Source: Nitrosopumilaceae archaeon
GTDB taxonomy: Archaea > Thermoproteota > Nitrososphaeria > Nitrososphaerales > Nitrosopumilaceae
Length of the DNA stretch: 64,000 nucleotides
Reading direction: 5' to 3'
Assembly (NCBI GenBank): GCA_965214835.1
Contig: CBDCCK010000002.1
Location: forward strand, 2,976,001-3,040,000
Each line of letters begins with the position of its first letter. The first letter of the stretch is position 1. Below the pieces are notes generated by a model. That model was not told the DNA's origin, made no database searches, and saw nothing but the letters and a program-made list of their open reading frames with translations. Both the position numbers and the translations under genes were made by a program. Positions 52,943 to 62,991 of the stretch are shown here, piece by piece.

Positions 52943-54221
52943 GGTCGAAAAATCGGAGCTGTCAGGCGAGATAGCGTGCCCTGCAAGCAAGAGCTACACG
53001 CACAGGGCCATATTCATGGGGGCGTTATCGGGGCGGAGCACCATCAGAAACGTCCTGGACTCGGCGGACACGCAGGCCACCGTCGATGCCTGCCTGGCCC
53101 TTGGCGCACAGATAAGGAGGGACGGGGATACAGTCACGGTCATCAGCCCGGTCACCCTTGAAAGGGACTGTATCATAGACGCAAAAAACTCGGGGACGAC
53201 CATCAGGATAGCGGCGGGCATCGCTGCACTGTCGCCGTCCACAACCACGCTCTCGGGGGATGCAAGCATACGGGGGCGGCCGATGCAGCCCGTTTTGGAC
53301 GCGTTGGAGGCAATGGGTGCAAGGTGCACGTCGGCCGGCGGCAGGCCCCCGATAACTATCCAGGGAAGAATCCCAGGCGGGGAGGTGTCAATTCCGGGGG
53401 ACGTATCAAGCCAGTTTGTCACGTCGCTGCTCATCTGCGCGCCGCTGACGGACAGCGGAATCACCGTGAATATAGAGGGCAGGCTGGTATCAAGGCCGTA
53501 CCTTGAGGCGACCATACGTGCGATGGAGAGGTTCGGCGTGCGCGTCAAGACCATCGGCAGGTACCAGAAATACAGGATAGAGCCGCAGCAGTACCAGGAT
53601 GCCGAGTTTACGGTTCCCCCGGACGCCTCCAGCCTGGCGCTGCTGCTGGCAGCATCCGTGCTTGTGGGAAAAAACATGTCGATAAGGGCCCCGCGCAGCG
53701 ACCTGCCGCAGGCAGACATGGCGTTCCTTGGAATCCTCGGGGAGCTGGGCGCGCAGGTAAGAGCCGACGGCGATGTCATCACCGCAAGCTCCCCCGAGGG
53801 CCTCAGGGGGGGAAGCTTTGACCTGTCAGACGCGCCGGATCTGCTGCCGCCCCTCTCAATCCTGGCACTACGGTGCAAAAGCCCGCTGGAGATCACCAGC
53901 GTGGAACACGCCAGGCACAAGGAGACAGACAGGATTGCAGTCATCTGCGAGGAGCTTGCAAAGATCGGGGTCGGCGTGGAGGAGCGCAGGGACGGGATGA
54001 GGCTGGAGCCGGGGGACGCCCTGCACGGCGCGCATCTGGACTCGAAAAACGACCACAGGCTGTTCATGGCGTTCTCGATTGCCGCCATGTATGTGGGCGG
54101 CTGCACGGTCAGCGATCCGGGGTCGGTATCCGTGTCGTACCCTGGGTACGTCCAGGCAATGCAGGGCATTGGCGCAGGCCTGATGGTTCAGGGGCAAGAC
54201 CATCTCGAGTCCACCCCATAG
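52932..54221 (+). CDS. aroA: EPSP synthase
   Basis: PASKSYTHR, NSGTTIR, SSQF, RHKETDR, DHR. Confidence 0.95.
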   Translation: MSCRVEKSELSGEIACPASKSYTHRAIFMGALSGRSTIRNVLDSADTQATVDACLALGAQIRRDGDTVTVISPVTLERDCIIDAKNSGTTIRIAAGIAALSPSTTTLSGDASIRGRPMQPVLDALEAMGARCTSAGGRPPITIQGRIPGGEVSIPGDVSSQFVTSLLICAPLTDSGITVNIEGRLVSRPYLEATIRAMERFGVRVKTIGRYQKYRIEPQQYQDAEFTVPPDASSLALLLAASVLVGKNMSIRAPRSDLPQADMAFLGILGELGAQVRADGDVITASSPEGLRGGSFDLSDAPDLLPPLSILALRCKSPLEITSVEHARHKETDRIAVICEELAKIGVGVEERRDGMRLEPGDALHGAHLDSKNDHRLFMAFSIAAMYVGGCTVSDPGSVSVSYPGYVQAMQGIGAGLMVQGQDHLESTP

Positions 54222-54233
54222 GCGACACTGCAG

Positions 54234-54348
54234 GTAACAGCTCGAGCTCTGAAAGCTGCTCCTGATTTCAGGCACGAATCTGCCCTGGAGGGGGAGGGCA
54301 TCTGGGGCGGCAAAACCCACCCTAAACTTCCAGAGCCCGATCTATTGC
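54234..54348. mobile_element. ~115-bp IS66-type MITE (GTAACAGCTCG family)
   Basis: GTAACAGCTCGAGCTCTG ... CAGAGCCCGATCTATTGC; relatives at 8042, 14820..14928, 44640. Confidence 0.7.
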
Positions 54349-54390
54349 GCATAAAATCTAACATACATACTGCTGGAATTGTATTGAGGT

Positions 54391-54795
54391 GTGAAAGAGC
54401 TAAGCTCTGTATTCAAAGAGCGTCTGAAAGACATTCAAGCGAATCTTGAAGACGGAAATTATGCTGTTTGTTACAGGATTGCACATGATTTGGTTAATTT
54501 GTCTTGGAATTTGGAATTAAAAGATGAAGTCTTCATCAGTGAAGTTTTGGAATCTGTTTATTCTAATTTGTCCAATACAATAGAAAATTACTCTGTACCT
54601 AAAGACGTGTCTGACAAACTAAAAAATGAAATGAGCGAAGCTGCAAAACCTCTGCCTGATGCTTATGATTCTGGAGATTCATCTAAATTATATGAAGTGT
54701 TAAAGGCAGTACGATATACTGCCACTTTATATCAATTAACAGCATGGCAAAGATACGATAAACCTAAAAGGACAATGCGTACATACTATGATTGA
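54391..54795 (+). CDS. Hypothetical protein (AT-rich)
   Basis: Clean 134-aa ORF. Confidence 0.65.
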   Translation: MKELSSVFKERLKDIQANLEDGNYAVCYRIAHDLVNLSWNLELKDEVFISEVLESVYSNLSNTIENYSVPKDVSDKLKNEMSEAAKPLPDAYDSGDSSKLYEVLKAVRYTATLYQLTAWQRYDKPKRTMRTYYD

Positions 54796-54807
54796 GGAAA
54801 ATGCATT

Positions 54808-55218
54808 ATGACGCTACCAGTTGAATCTGAACGTGAACATGATAATGAAATAACTGATGACAAACAATCACTTAGATATCTTCGTGATGGGATTTTAAAT
54901 CAAAGACCAGATGATGTGCATGTTTCTTTAGTTGATGCCTACATGCATTTGCATTCTATCGTTGAAAAATTAATTGTAGATAATGCCAACATGTGGCAAC
55001 TTCTTAAACAACATAAAATCACATCTATGGATGCAGTTCCTGAAGACACTGATCTCACTAATGAGCAAATACGTGAACTTCTCTTGAAAGAAATTAACGT
55101 CGGTGACATTTTCTATCCGAGTGATTTTGCTAATGAGCATGGTCTTGATTTAATGTTGGTAATGGATGTTGTTGGCTCGCTACGTAACGAAGGAAAATTA
55201 ATCAATAGCCCTGAATAA
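54808..55218 (+). CDS. Hypothetical protein with possible C-terminal wHTH
   Basis: FYPSDFANEHGLDL..V..V...L..EGKL. Confidence 0.65.
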   Translation: MTLPVESEREHDNEITDDKQSLRYLRDGILNQRPDDVHVSLVDAYMHLHSIVEKLIVDNANMWQLLKQHKITSMDAVPEDTDLTNEQIRELLLKEINVGDIFYPSDFANEHGLDLMLVMDVVGSLRNEGKLINSPE

Positions 55219-55645
55219 TCACGCCAATATATCTAGATGAAGGTGATGCCATATCTGGAGAAAGAGTTGCATGTCAATTTAGAAAAAGGAACCATGAAAG
55301 GCTTATTCGCATGACTCAAGGACACAGTGGTACTGGAATGGTAATATCTGGAAATGTGTATTGTGTTATTGAAATTCCAATAAAGCGGGTAGAACAGCAT
55401 TGTTATTTTTTTATTAATTTTGTCTCTGTTGAGACAACGAGTCTGCAACGAGAACTTGAGCGAATGCCCTGAGGTTGATCCGAAATTAGAAACCGGGCAC
55501 CCCGTCCGCTGCCGTCCTGCCGCCAGCCCTCGCCGCAGCTGCGGCGATTCTGGCCGGCGCCCTCTCGTTGACCGGCCCGCATACGATGCTGTTGGCAAGG
55601 TCATACTTTCTGAGCGGGTTTCTGTACCGGTCGCACATGATCCTG

Positions 55646-56260
55646 AGAAGCGATTCTTAATTAGCAGGTTTTGACCCAGACTGACGCCTCCGAGCAGCAG
55701 ATAAGCAGGCCAGAGCGAAAGGACATGGAAAAGTCTCACTATTCGGGCAAGGCAGGCACGCACACGGCCAAGGTCCAGTATACGATCGGCACACGCGGCG
55801 ACATAGCGCACAAGACCCCGCACTCGCCGGGGCGCGTCAACGGCATCAGCATATGCCATATGAAGCATCCAACGTTCTGGAGCGGCGGCAGGGACGGCGA
55901 GAGGCTGCGGCACTACATGGACCGCGGATACCAGGGTGCGCAGCACGTTGATGCAGGTACGGAGGTGATACTTCCCATCAAGAAGAGTCCGGGCGGCAGG
56001 CTGACCGACGAGCAAAAAGAGTACAACAGAATACACTCGAAGATACGCGTGTGCGCCGAGCACGCCATACGCAGGGTCAGGACGTTCAAGACAATGAGCT
56101 GCAAGTACAGAAACCGGCTCCGAAGGTACGATCTGGCCAACGGTATCGTGTGCGGGCAGGTCAGCCCAAAGATACTGGAACGGATGGCCGCTGCGGCCTG
56201 ACAAATACGTCAGAAAACAACTGCAACCTGCCATTCGTAACTTAATTGCGGGTTGCTTCT
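55646..56260 (+). mobile_element. Internally deleted derivative of the 311-aa IS5-type element
   Basis: Both AGAAGC TIRs retained; ORF 55671..56201 corresponds to the C-terminal half. Confidence 0.85.
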
Positions 56261-56487
56261 CCGGAGGCAGGCGGTGCCCGGGGCGCACAGGTACGGCTGT
56301 GCAGGGTGCAGCTCACGGCGGTTTTGCCTTTGCCCGGCCACCATCCACCAAAAGCCTCTTGAGATCCCAGGCGATCAGCTGGAATGTCGCCGGCGAAAGA
56401 TGCGGATCCCCCGCATGGGCATCATAATCGAAATCGACCAAGGCGGCCTCCAAGATTTCGCGGTTTTTTGCGATTACAAAATCCTCG

Positions 56488-58310
56488 GTATGTGGTCACC
56501 TACCCCCTAGATTATTTTGGCCACCTCATCCATGATGGACTTGCCCTGCAGCTTCCATGTCGACACGCATGTATTGAGCCATCCATGCCTTTCCGTCCAG
56601 ACCAGGCCGCCCTTGATCTGGCCGCTTATCTTGAATTGAAGCACGACGGGGCGCAGCGCCCGCTCTGCACCATTGTTGGTCGGCTCGACACCCTCGTATT
56701 CCAGAAACGTAAACATGCACGGCAGGGCCCTGTGCATCCTCTTGAGGAGGGGCCCCAGCGGGCCGCCCCATGCATCAACGTATCCGAACAGCATGTTCTG
56801 CATGTTGGTCTCAAACCGCCGGCGCAGCTCCGGCGAGTGCCTGCCCATCAGCCCGTCGGCCGCCCTTATCCCCGCCCTCTCCTCAAGATCTAAGAGATCC
56901 TCCTTGGACAGCTTGTCCCATCCTTTGAGACACTCCTTGGCGTCCTTGAACAGCTGCTGCATCTGCCGGCACAGGACTCCTGCAAACAGCAAGGCGCCCT
57001 TTTTCTGCGAGCCATACAGGAGGAACCGCAGCTCGTGCGCCCAACACCTCTGGTGCCTTCCCCCCGGATCGAACCTCTTGCATACAGGATATCCGTCGGA
57101 TGTGACGACGCCCTCGTACCCGTGCATGTACTGGTCCAGAACCCGGATCGCCCTTGTATCACTGTATATCATGAATAGACCTTATGCGTAATTTACCTGA
57201 ATGAGGCGAATTTGTTCGTAATAATCCCGGATCTGAACCGATTACGCATAAAGTCTAATATGCCCACTGCCGACAGCACGGTCCACACCCATCCCAGCCT
57301 GCCTGCCAGGTTGATCCCCGTCTCGTCTATGCAGACGGTCTTTGAGCTTTTTACATCCTCTGCGATGGCCTCGGCAGGCGCCTTTGTGGCGTCGCAGACG
57401 CGTCCTATGCTGTTGATTGCAGTTGACTTTGACATGTGCACGCCTAGGATATCTGACATGACACCCTGGATCCTGTTGTACGGGACGTCCTCGCTGCGCA
57501 GCTTGGTGACTGCTACGACCACGCTCGTGTCGTAGTTGCCGCATCGGGGCAGGTCGTCGGGGGCCGTATGCATGGTGCCGCATCTCGGGCATACTGCCCT
57601 CTATCTCGTGGCGCGTTTCGGTGGCCTCGATCTTAAACCCCCTCATGTCGCGCACCTGCGGCTTTTTCATGATCTCTGTGGTGGTGCCGCAACTGCACTC
57701 CGGCGCCCGTCCCCCCGGAAAGCAGTGTTTCTGTACCATGGTGGGCCGGTGGGTGCGCGATACGCCCTTGTGTCCCTTCTGGCCGCCGGGCTTTTTCCTG
57801 TCCTTGGCGCCGTCCTTTCCTGCTGCAGCATCGGACCGGGCCCTCTCCTTTTTCCTCTACACCTTTTGCCTCTTCCACTCCAGCGAGTCTGCCGACGGGG
57901 GCGAGTTCTCGTTCTCGTAGTATCGGAGCCTGTTGCCCTGCTCCCTGATGGTCTTGTTTAGCTTTTCAATGATCTTGTTTAGCTTTTCAATGGTTCTACC
58001 ATGCTCCTTGATGGTCTTGTTTAGTTCCTTGTTGGCGGGCCGTCTTTTTTCCCTGCTGGCGTATTTTATCAACTTGATGGTCTTGTTTAGTTCCTTGTTG
58101 GCCCTGCCTTATTCTTCAATGATCCTGCCACGCTCCTTGAGGTCCTTTTTTAGATTCCTTAGCGTCTCCGTGGGCGATGCTGTAGATGCCTCGATCTTGC
58201 AGCATGTGGGGGGTTGACCTTTCATAATGCCTAGTCTACGCGATCATAGTATAAGGATCAGGCACCGTCAGTAATGTTTACCCTATTGTGAGGGGTAGGT
58301 GACCTCACAC
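56488..58310 (-). mobile_element. IS66 element, defective, interrupted by an 80-bp MITE (57177..57256, TSD AAT)
   Basis: TIR GTRTGWGGTCACCTA; inverted near-identical partner of 60387..61997. Confidence 0.9.
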
Positions 58311-58317
58311 CTTTATT

Positions 58318-60087
58318 TTGAATGCATTCAACCGATTTTACATGTCAAAAGGCAAAAAATCATACCTTGAATCCATCATGAAAATAGAAAAGCAGACCTA
58401 CAGAATAAAATCTGACCTTGAGGAAATAGGAAGGGATGCAGGCACGGTAAGATCCATCCTTGATGAGATGGAAAACAATCTCATGGAGATGGAAGGAGAG
58501 GTCGGCAGGACGCTATCCAAGCTCGGAGAGATAAGAAGAAAGATCGGCACTGCAAGGTTTGACTTTAAGGAGATGATAGCGTATACTAGCATGGCAAGGG
58601 TTGATTTCGGGGAAACTGCGGAGGATACAGGCAAGGTAAGATCTCAATTTGAGGCAATAGAAAAGAGTGTCCAAACAGAGGGATCTACACTCAAGGAGAT
58701 GGCAAAGGTTACTGGGGAGATGAGATCCTACTTTGGGAAAATGATGATGAAGGATAACATATCAAGATTTGGCTTTGAGAATGAGGAAGGGGTGGTCGAC
58801 AGGATGAGATCCGAGTACAAGGAATCGATAGAAGCATACATGGAAATGTCAAAGGGGGTCGACATAGCAAGATCCATCTTTGGTCAAATGGCAGGAAATG
58901 TTGACGTGGCACGATCCAGGATCGAATTTGGAAAGGCACAGTCCAAAATCCCCAAATCACGTCCTTTTAACACAATAAAATCGAACTTTGAGGAAATAGA
59001 AGGGGGTGTAGGCACGATACGATCCGAGATCAGGAAACTAAAAGTGTGTATAGGCACACTAGGATCTGCCTTTGGGGAAATAAGAAGATATGCAGGCATG
59101 ATGGGATCTGACTTTGGGCACATGGAAGCGCATGCCGGCAGGATAAAATCTGATGTGTCAAGCCACTCGGAGGGACACGAGGATCCGCAAACAAAGGCGT
59201 TTGACAGATCCCGCGTGCCAGAAAACCAAGAGTCAAACCTTGAATCCATTACGGAAATAGAAAAAAAGGCTCGCAGGATAAAGTCTAGCTTTGATGAAAT
59301 TGAGAGGCAGGCCGGCAGGCTAGGATCTAACTTTGAGAAAGCGAAAAACATATTCGAGGAAATGAGAACTGAGATGGTGAAGGTAAGATCGAAGATCAAT
59401 ACAATGAAGAAGCAGGCCGACAATGCAGGGTTTGACTTTGAGGAAATAATATTGTATACCGGCGTGGGAAAATTCGACTTGGAGAAGATGTTGATGTATG
59501 CCAGCAAGACAAGATCCAGCTTTGAGGAGGTAAAAAAAGAGTCTGACGCAGAAGAGGCCAGGTTCAGGGAAATGGCAAGGCGTTCCAGCACGGTAAGATT
59601 TGACTTTGAGATGGTGGGAGCAGGTGCCATCACGGCAAGAACTATCTTCGCGATAATGGAGGTGGATGTTGGCAAACTAAGAGACACCTACATAGAATTG
59701 GGAGAGGTGTTCAAGGGATTAGACGGAAGGATCAAGACGGAAGGATTTGCCTGCATGAAACTGGGAAAGGAGATGGAGATGGCAAAAGCTGTGTTTATGA
59801 AACTGGGAGACATGTCTAGTAAAATCACCAAAAACCCACCGCCCTGGGACGCCGTGAAATCTGACTCTGGGGTAGAAAAGAATGTTGAGCTGATAATATC
59901 TGAGCTTGGCAAGCTAGAAGAGAGCACAGGTGCAGCAAGAGATGGCTTTAAGAAAATAAAAAAATACACCCACAGATTACATTCTGATGTCGAGGAGATA
60001 AGAAAGGCCTCATGCAGGACAGGATCTGGCCTGCCAAAACATTCTGAGCGGGGGGATCTGCAGGCAAAAGGCGGGATTGGCATGTAG
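58318..60087 (+). CDS. Internally duplicated long coiled-coil protein (589 aa)
   Basis: Heptad periodicity throughout; two homologous halves starting KSYLESIMKIEK and ESNLESITEIEK; no TM segment; start may be M at 58342. Confidence 0.75.
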   Translation: MNAFNRFYMSKGKKSYLESIMKIEKQTYRIKSDLEEIGRDAGTVRSILDEMENNLMEMEGEVGRTLSKLGEIRRKIGTARFDFKEMIAYTSMARVDFGETAEDTGKVRSQFEAIEKSVQTEGSTLKEMAKVTGEMRSYFGKMMMKDNISRFGFENEEGVVDRMRSEYKESIEAYMEMSKGVDIARSIFGQMAGNVDVARSRIEFGKAQSKIPKSRPFNTIKSNFEEIEGGVGTIRSEIRKLKVCIGTLGSAFGEIRRYAGMMGSDFGHMEAHAGRIKSDVSSHSEGHEDPQTKAFDRSRVPENQESNLESITEIEKKARRIKSSFDEIERQAGRLGSNFEKAKNIFEEMRTEMVKVRSKINTMKKQADNAGFDFEEIILYTGVGKFDLEKMLMYASKTRSSFEEVKKESDAEEARFREMARRSSTVRFDFEMVGAGAITARTIFAIMEVDVGKLRDTYIELGEVFKGLDGRIKTEGFACMKLGKEMEMAKAVFMKLGDMSSKITKNPPPWDAVKSDSGVEKNVELIISELGKLEESTGAARDGFKKIKKYTHRLHSDVEEIRKASCRTGSGLPKHSERGDLQAKGGIGM

Positions 60088-60288
60088 GGATCCAACCCCG
60101 CATACGAGCTGCAACCCAAAGACCTCCGGGTCGTGATCCTTGACACCGACATTGTCTTCAAAATCAACCCAAGCGGACACCTCGACCCGATCCACCGCCG
60201 GATTCTTGCCCTAGCAGGCGAGATCAGGGCAGGATTGAAGAAAATGGATGCCGAGGGGGCCCCGCTGCTAGAACACAAGGAATTTGTA

Positions 60289-60381
60289 GTATGTGGTCAC
60301 CTACCCCTATCAATCAGGCATGAATTGGCAGGTACAATTATGATTTTCGTGCCTAGCTAGCAAGGGGACGTGACCTCATAC
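60289..60381. mobile_element. 93-bp IS66-type MITE at the IS66 end
   Basis: 8-bp TSD AATTTGTA overlapping the IS terminus. Confidence 0.85.
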
Positions 60382-60386
60382 AATTT

Positions 60387-61997
60387 GTATGTGGTCACCT
60401 ATCCCTCACAATAGGGTAAACATTACTGGCGATGCCTGATCCTTATACTATGATCGCGTAGACTAGGCATTGTGAAAGGTCAACCCTCCACATGCTGCGA
60501 GATCGTGGCATCTACAACATCGCCCGCGGAGACGATAAGGAATCTGGAGAAGGGTCTCAAGGAGCGTGACAAGATAATCGAAAAGAAGGACAAGATAATC
60601 GAAAAGCTAAACAAGACCATCAGGGAGCAGGGCAACAGGCTCCGATACTACGAGAACGAGAACTCGCCCCCGTCGGCAGACTCGCTGGAGTGGAAGAGGC
60701 AAAAGGTGTAGAGGAAAAAGGAGAGGGCCCGGTCCGATGCTGCATCAGGAAAGGACGGCGCCAAGGACAGGAAAAAGCCCGGCGGCCAGAAGGGCCACAA
60801 GGGCGTATCGCGCACCCACCGGCCCACCATGGTACAGAAACACTGCTTTCCGGGGGGACGGGCGCCGGAGTGCAGTTGCGGCACCACCACAGAGATCATG
60901 AAAAAGCCGCAGGTGCGCGACATGAGGGGGTTTAAGATCGAGGCCACCGAAACGCGCCACGAGATAGAGGGCAGTATGCCCGAGATGCGGCACCATGCAT
61001 ACGGCCCCCGACGACCTGCCCCGATGCGGCAACTACGACACGAGCGTGGTCGTAGCAGTCACCAAGCTGCGCAGCGAGGACGTCCCGTACAACAGGATCC
61101 AGGGTGTCATGTCAGATATCCTGGGCGTGCACATGTCAAAGTCAACTGCAATCAACAGCATAGGACGCGTCTGCGACGCCACAAAGGCGCCTGCCGAGGC
61201 CATCGCAGAGGATGTAAAAAGCTCAAAGACCGTCTGCATAGACGAGACGGGGATCAACCTGGCAGGCAGGCTGGGATGGGTGTGGACCGTGCTGTCGGCA
61301 GTGGGCATATTCATGATATACAGTGATACAAGGGCGGTCCGGGTTCTGGACCAGTACATGCACGGGTACGAGGGCGTCGTCACATCCGACGGATATCCTG
61401 TATGCAAGAGGTTCGATCCGGGGGGAAGGCACCAGAGGTGTTGGGCGCACGAGCTGCGGTCCCTCCTGTATGGCTCGCAGAAAAAGGGCGCCCTGCTGTT
61501 TGCAGGAGTCCTGTGCCGGCAGATGCAGCAGCTGTTCAAGGACGCCAAGGAGTGTCTCAAAGGATGGGACAAGCTGTCCAAGGAGGATCTCTTAGATCTT
61601 GAGGAGAGGGCGGGGATAAGGGCGGCCGACGGGCTGATGGGCAGGCACTCGCCGGAGCTGCGCCGGCGGTTTGAGACCAACATGCAGAACATGCTGTTCG
61701 GATACGTTGATGCATGGGGCGGCCCGCTGGGGCCCCTCCTCAAGAGGATGCACAGGGCCCTGCCGTGCATGTTTACGTTTCTGGAATACGAGGGTGTCGA
61801 GCCGACCAACAATGGTGCAGAGCGGGCGCTGCGCCCCGTCGTACTTCAATTCAAGATAAGCGGCCAGATCAAGGGCGGCCTGGTCTGGACGGAAAGGCAT
61901 GGATGGCTCAATACATGCGTGTCGACATGGAAGCTGCAGGGCAAGTCCATCATGGATGAGGTGTCCAAAATAATCTAGGGGGTAGGTGACCACATAC
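60387..61997 (+). mobile_element. IS66 element with in-frame TAG and one frameshift
   Basis: Pieces 60472..60711, 60712..~60970 and 60995..61978 (IDETG, SDGY, QRCWAH, PTNNGAERALR). Confidence 0.9.
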
Positions 61998-62173
61998 TCG
62001 TGTTCGGTTATACTGCATCCCCCATTCTCTTTCCCGTGTATTCTTAAAAGAATATCAGGTTTTAGGGTTCTTTCTTTTTTATTAAGTGCTGACATGGGTT
62101 TAGAACATTCGGTGCAGAGCCTTCTTTCTTATACACTCCCTCAATCATGCCAAATTTACCTCTAATCTTACAC

Positions 62174-62536
62174 TCATGATTCATCTGGATAAAATCTTAA
62201 AACCTCCACGTCATCGGAGGTTTTACGGATGCCGTACTGTCTTCCACTCCATTCCACTTTGTAGATTTTTCCTACTTCCATGACAGAGCTGTTGTATCTA
62301 AGCTCCTCTACCCCCTCGGGATTTTTGATGACACGAACCGGCTCTGGAAAGAAAAAAGAAAGAATTGAATCAACCATTTCGGGTTTTTCTTGAAGCGGAT
62401 TTTTTAATTCTAATGTCAGCTCTGGCTCATCATCATGCAAAATAAGCGAGTAAACGGATTGAATGTTGTTATTTTTGAATATGTGACAGCCTTGTTCTTT
62501 CCAAGTTGGCTCCATTTGTTGTCCCATCCTTTTCAT
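62174..62536 (-). CDS. Hypothetical protein (120 aa)
   Basis: Clean AT-rich ORF. Confidence 0.6.
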   Translation of the reverse strand: MKRMGQQMEPTWKEQGCHIFKNNNIQSVYSLILHDDEPELTLELKNPLQEKPEMVDSILSFFFPEPVRVIKNPEGVEELRYNSSVMEVGKIYKVEWSGRQYGIRKTSDDVEVLRFYPDES

Positions 62537-62596
62537 TTCTTATGGGATTTTACATCATTTATGCGTTATTTCACGCACAGTCTTCCCACATGTACA

Positions 62597-62766
62597 CGAC
62601 TCGTGGCGGTGCAGGAGGGAGCATGCGGATCTGCAGGCAGCTTGGTTTGAGCTGTTTCAAGTTTTAGAATCGCCTTATGGGTTACTTTTGGGAAGACTGC
62701 AGATCCGGCCTTCCTAAAAGTGATCGACTCGTGGCGGTGCAGGAGGGAGCATGCGGATCTGCAGGC
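62597..62766. repeat. 42-bp direct repeat x2 with an 86-bp gap
   Basis: CGACTCGTGGCGGTGCAGGAGGGAGCATGCGGATCTGCAGGC at 62597 and 62725. Confidence 0.9.
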
Positions 62767-62991
62767 GATCTCATCTGAGTATCTGAGTTGTTTCTAGCCT
62801 GGGATAATCTGATGTGGTACTTCTGTGAAGACTGCTAATCCTATTACGTTTATATTCATGAATTTGTTTTTTCCAATCAAGTTACCGTCCAGCAGATCCC
62901 GGGATTGCCAGAGGCAATAACGCCTGCGAAGTACAATCAACGATGGTAGCCTTTTTGCTTTTCTGAATGAAATCCCAAATAGCTGTTTATT

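Noticed and set aside
36594-54221. Genome-wide CUY Leu-to-Ala reassignment
   Set aside because: CTC/CTT codons occupy apparently conserved Leu positions in aroA' and the DGQQRL motif.
55233-56288. 351-aa minus-strand ORF, and other long overlapping ORFs (1000..2016, 15120..15989, 52994..54169)
   Set aside because: Antisense or alternate-frame shadows of transposases or housekeeping genes in GC-rich DNA.
56488-61997. Proven composite transposon or simple inversion
   Set aside because: No matching TSD in either direct or inversion-swapped configuration; kept only as a hypothesis.
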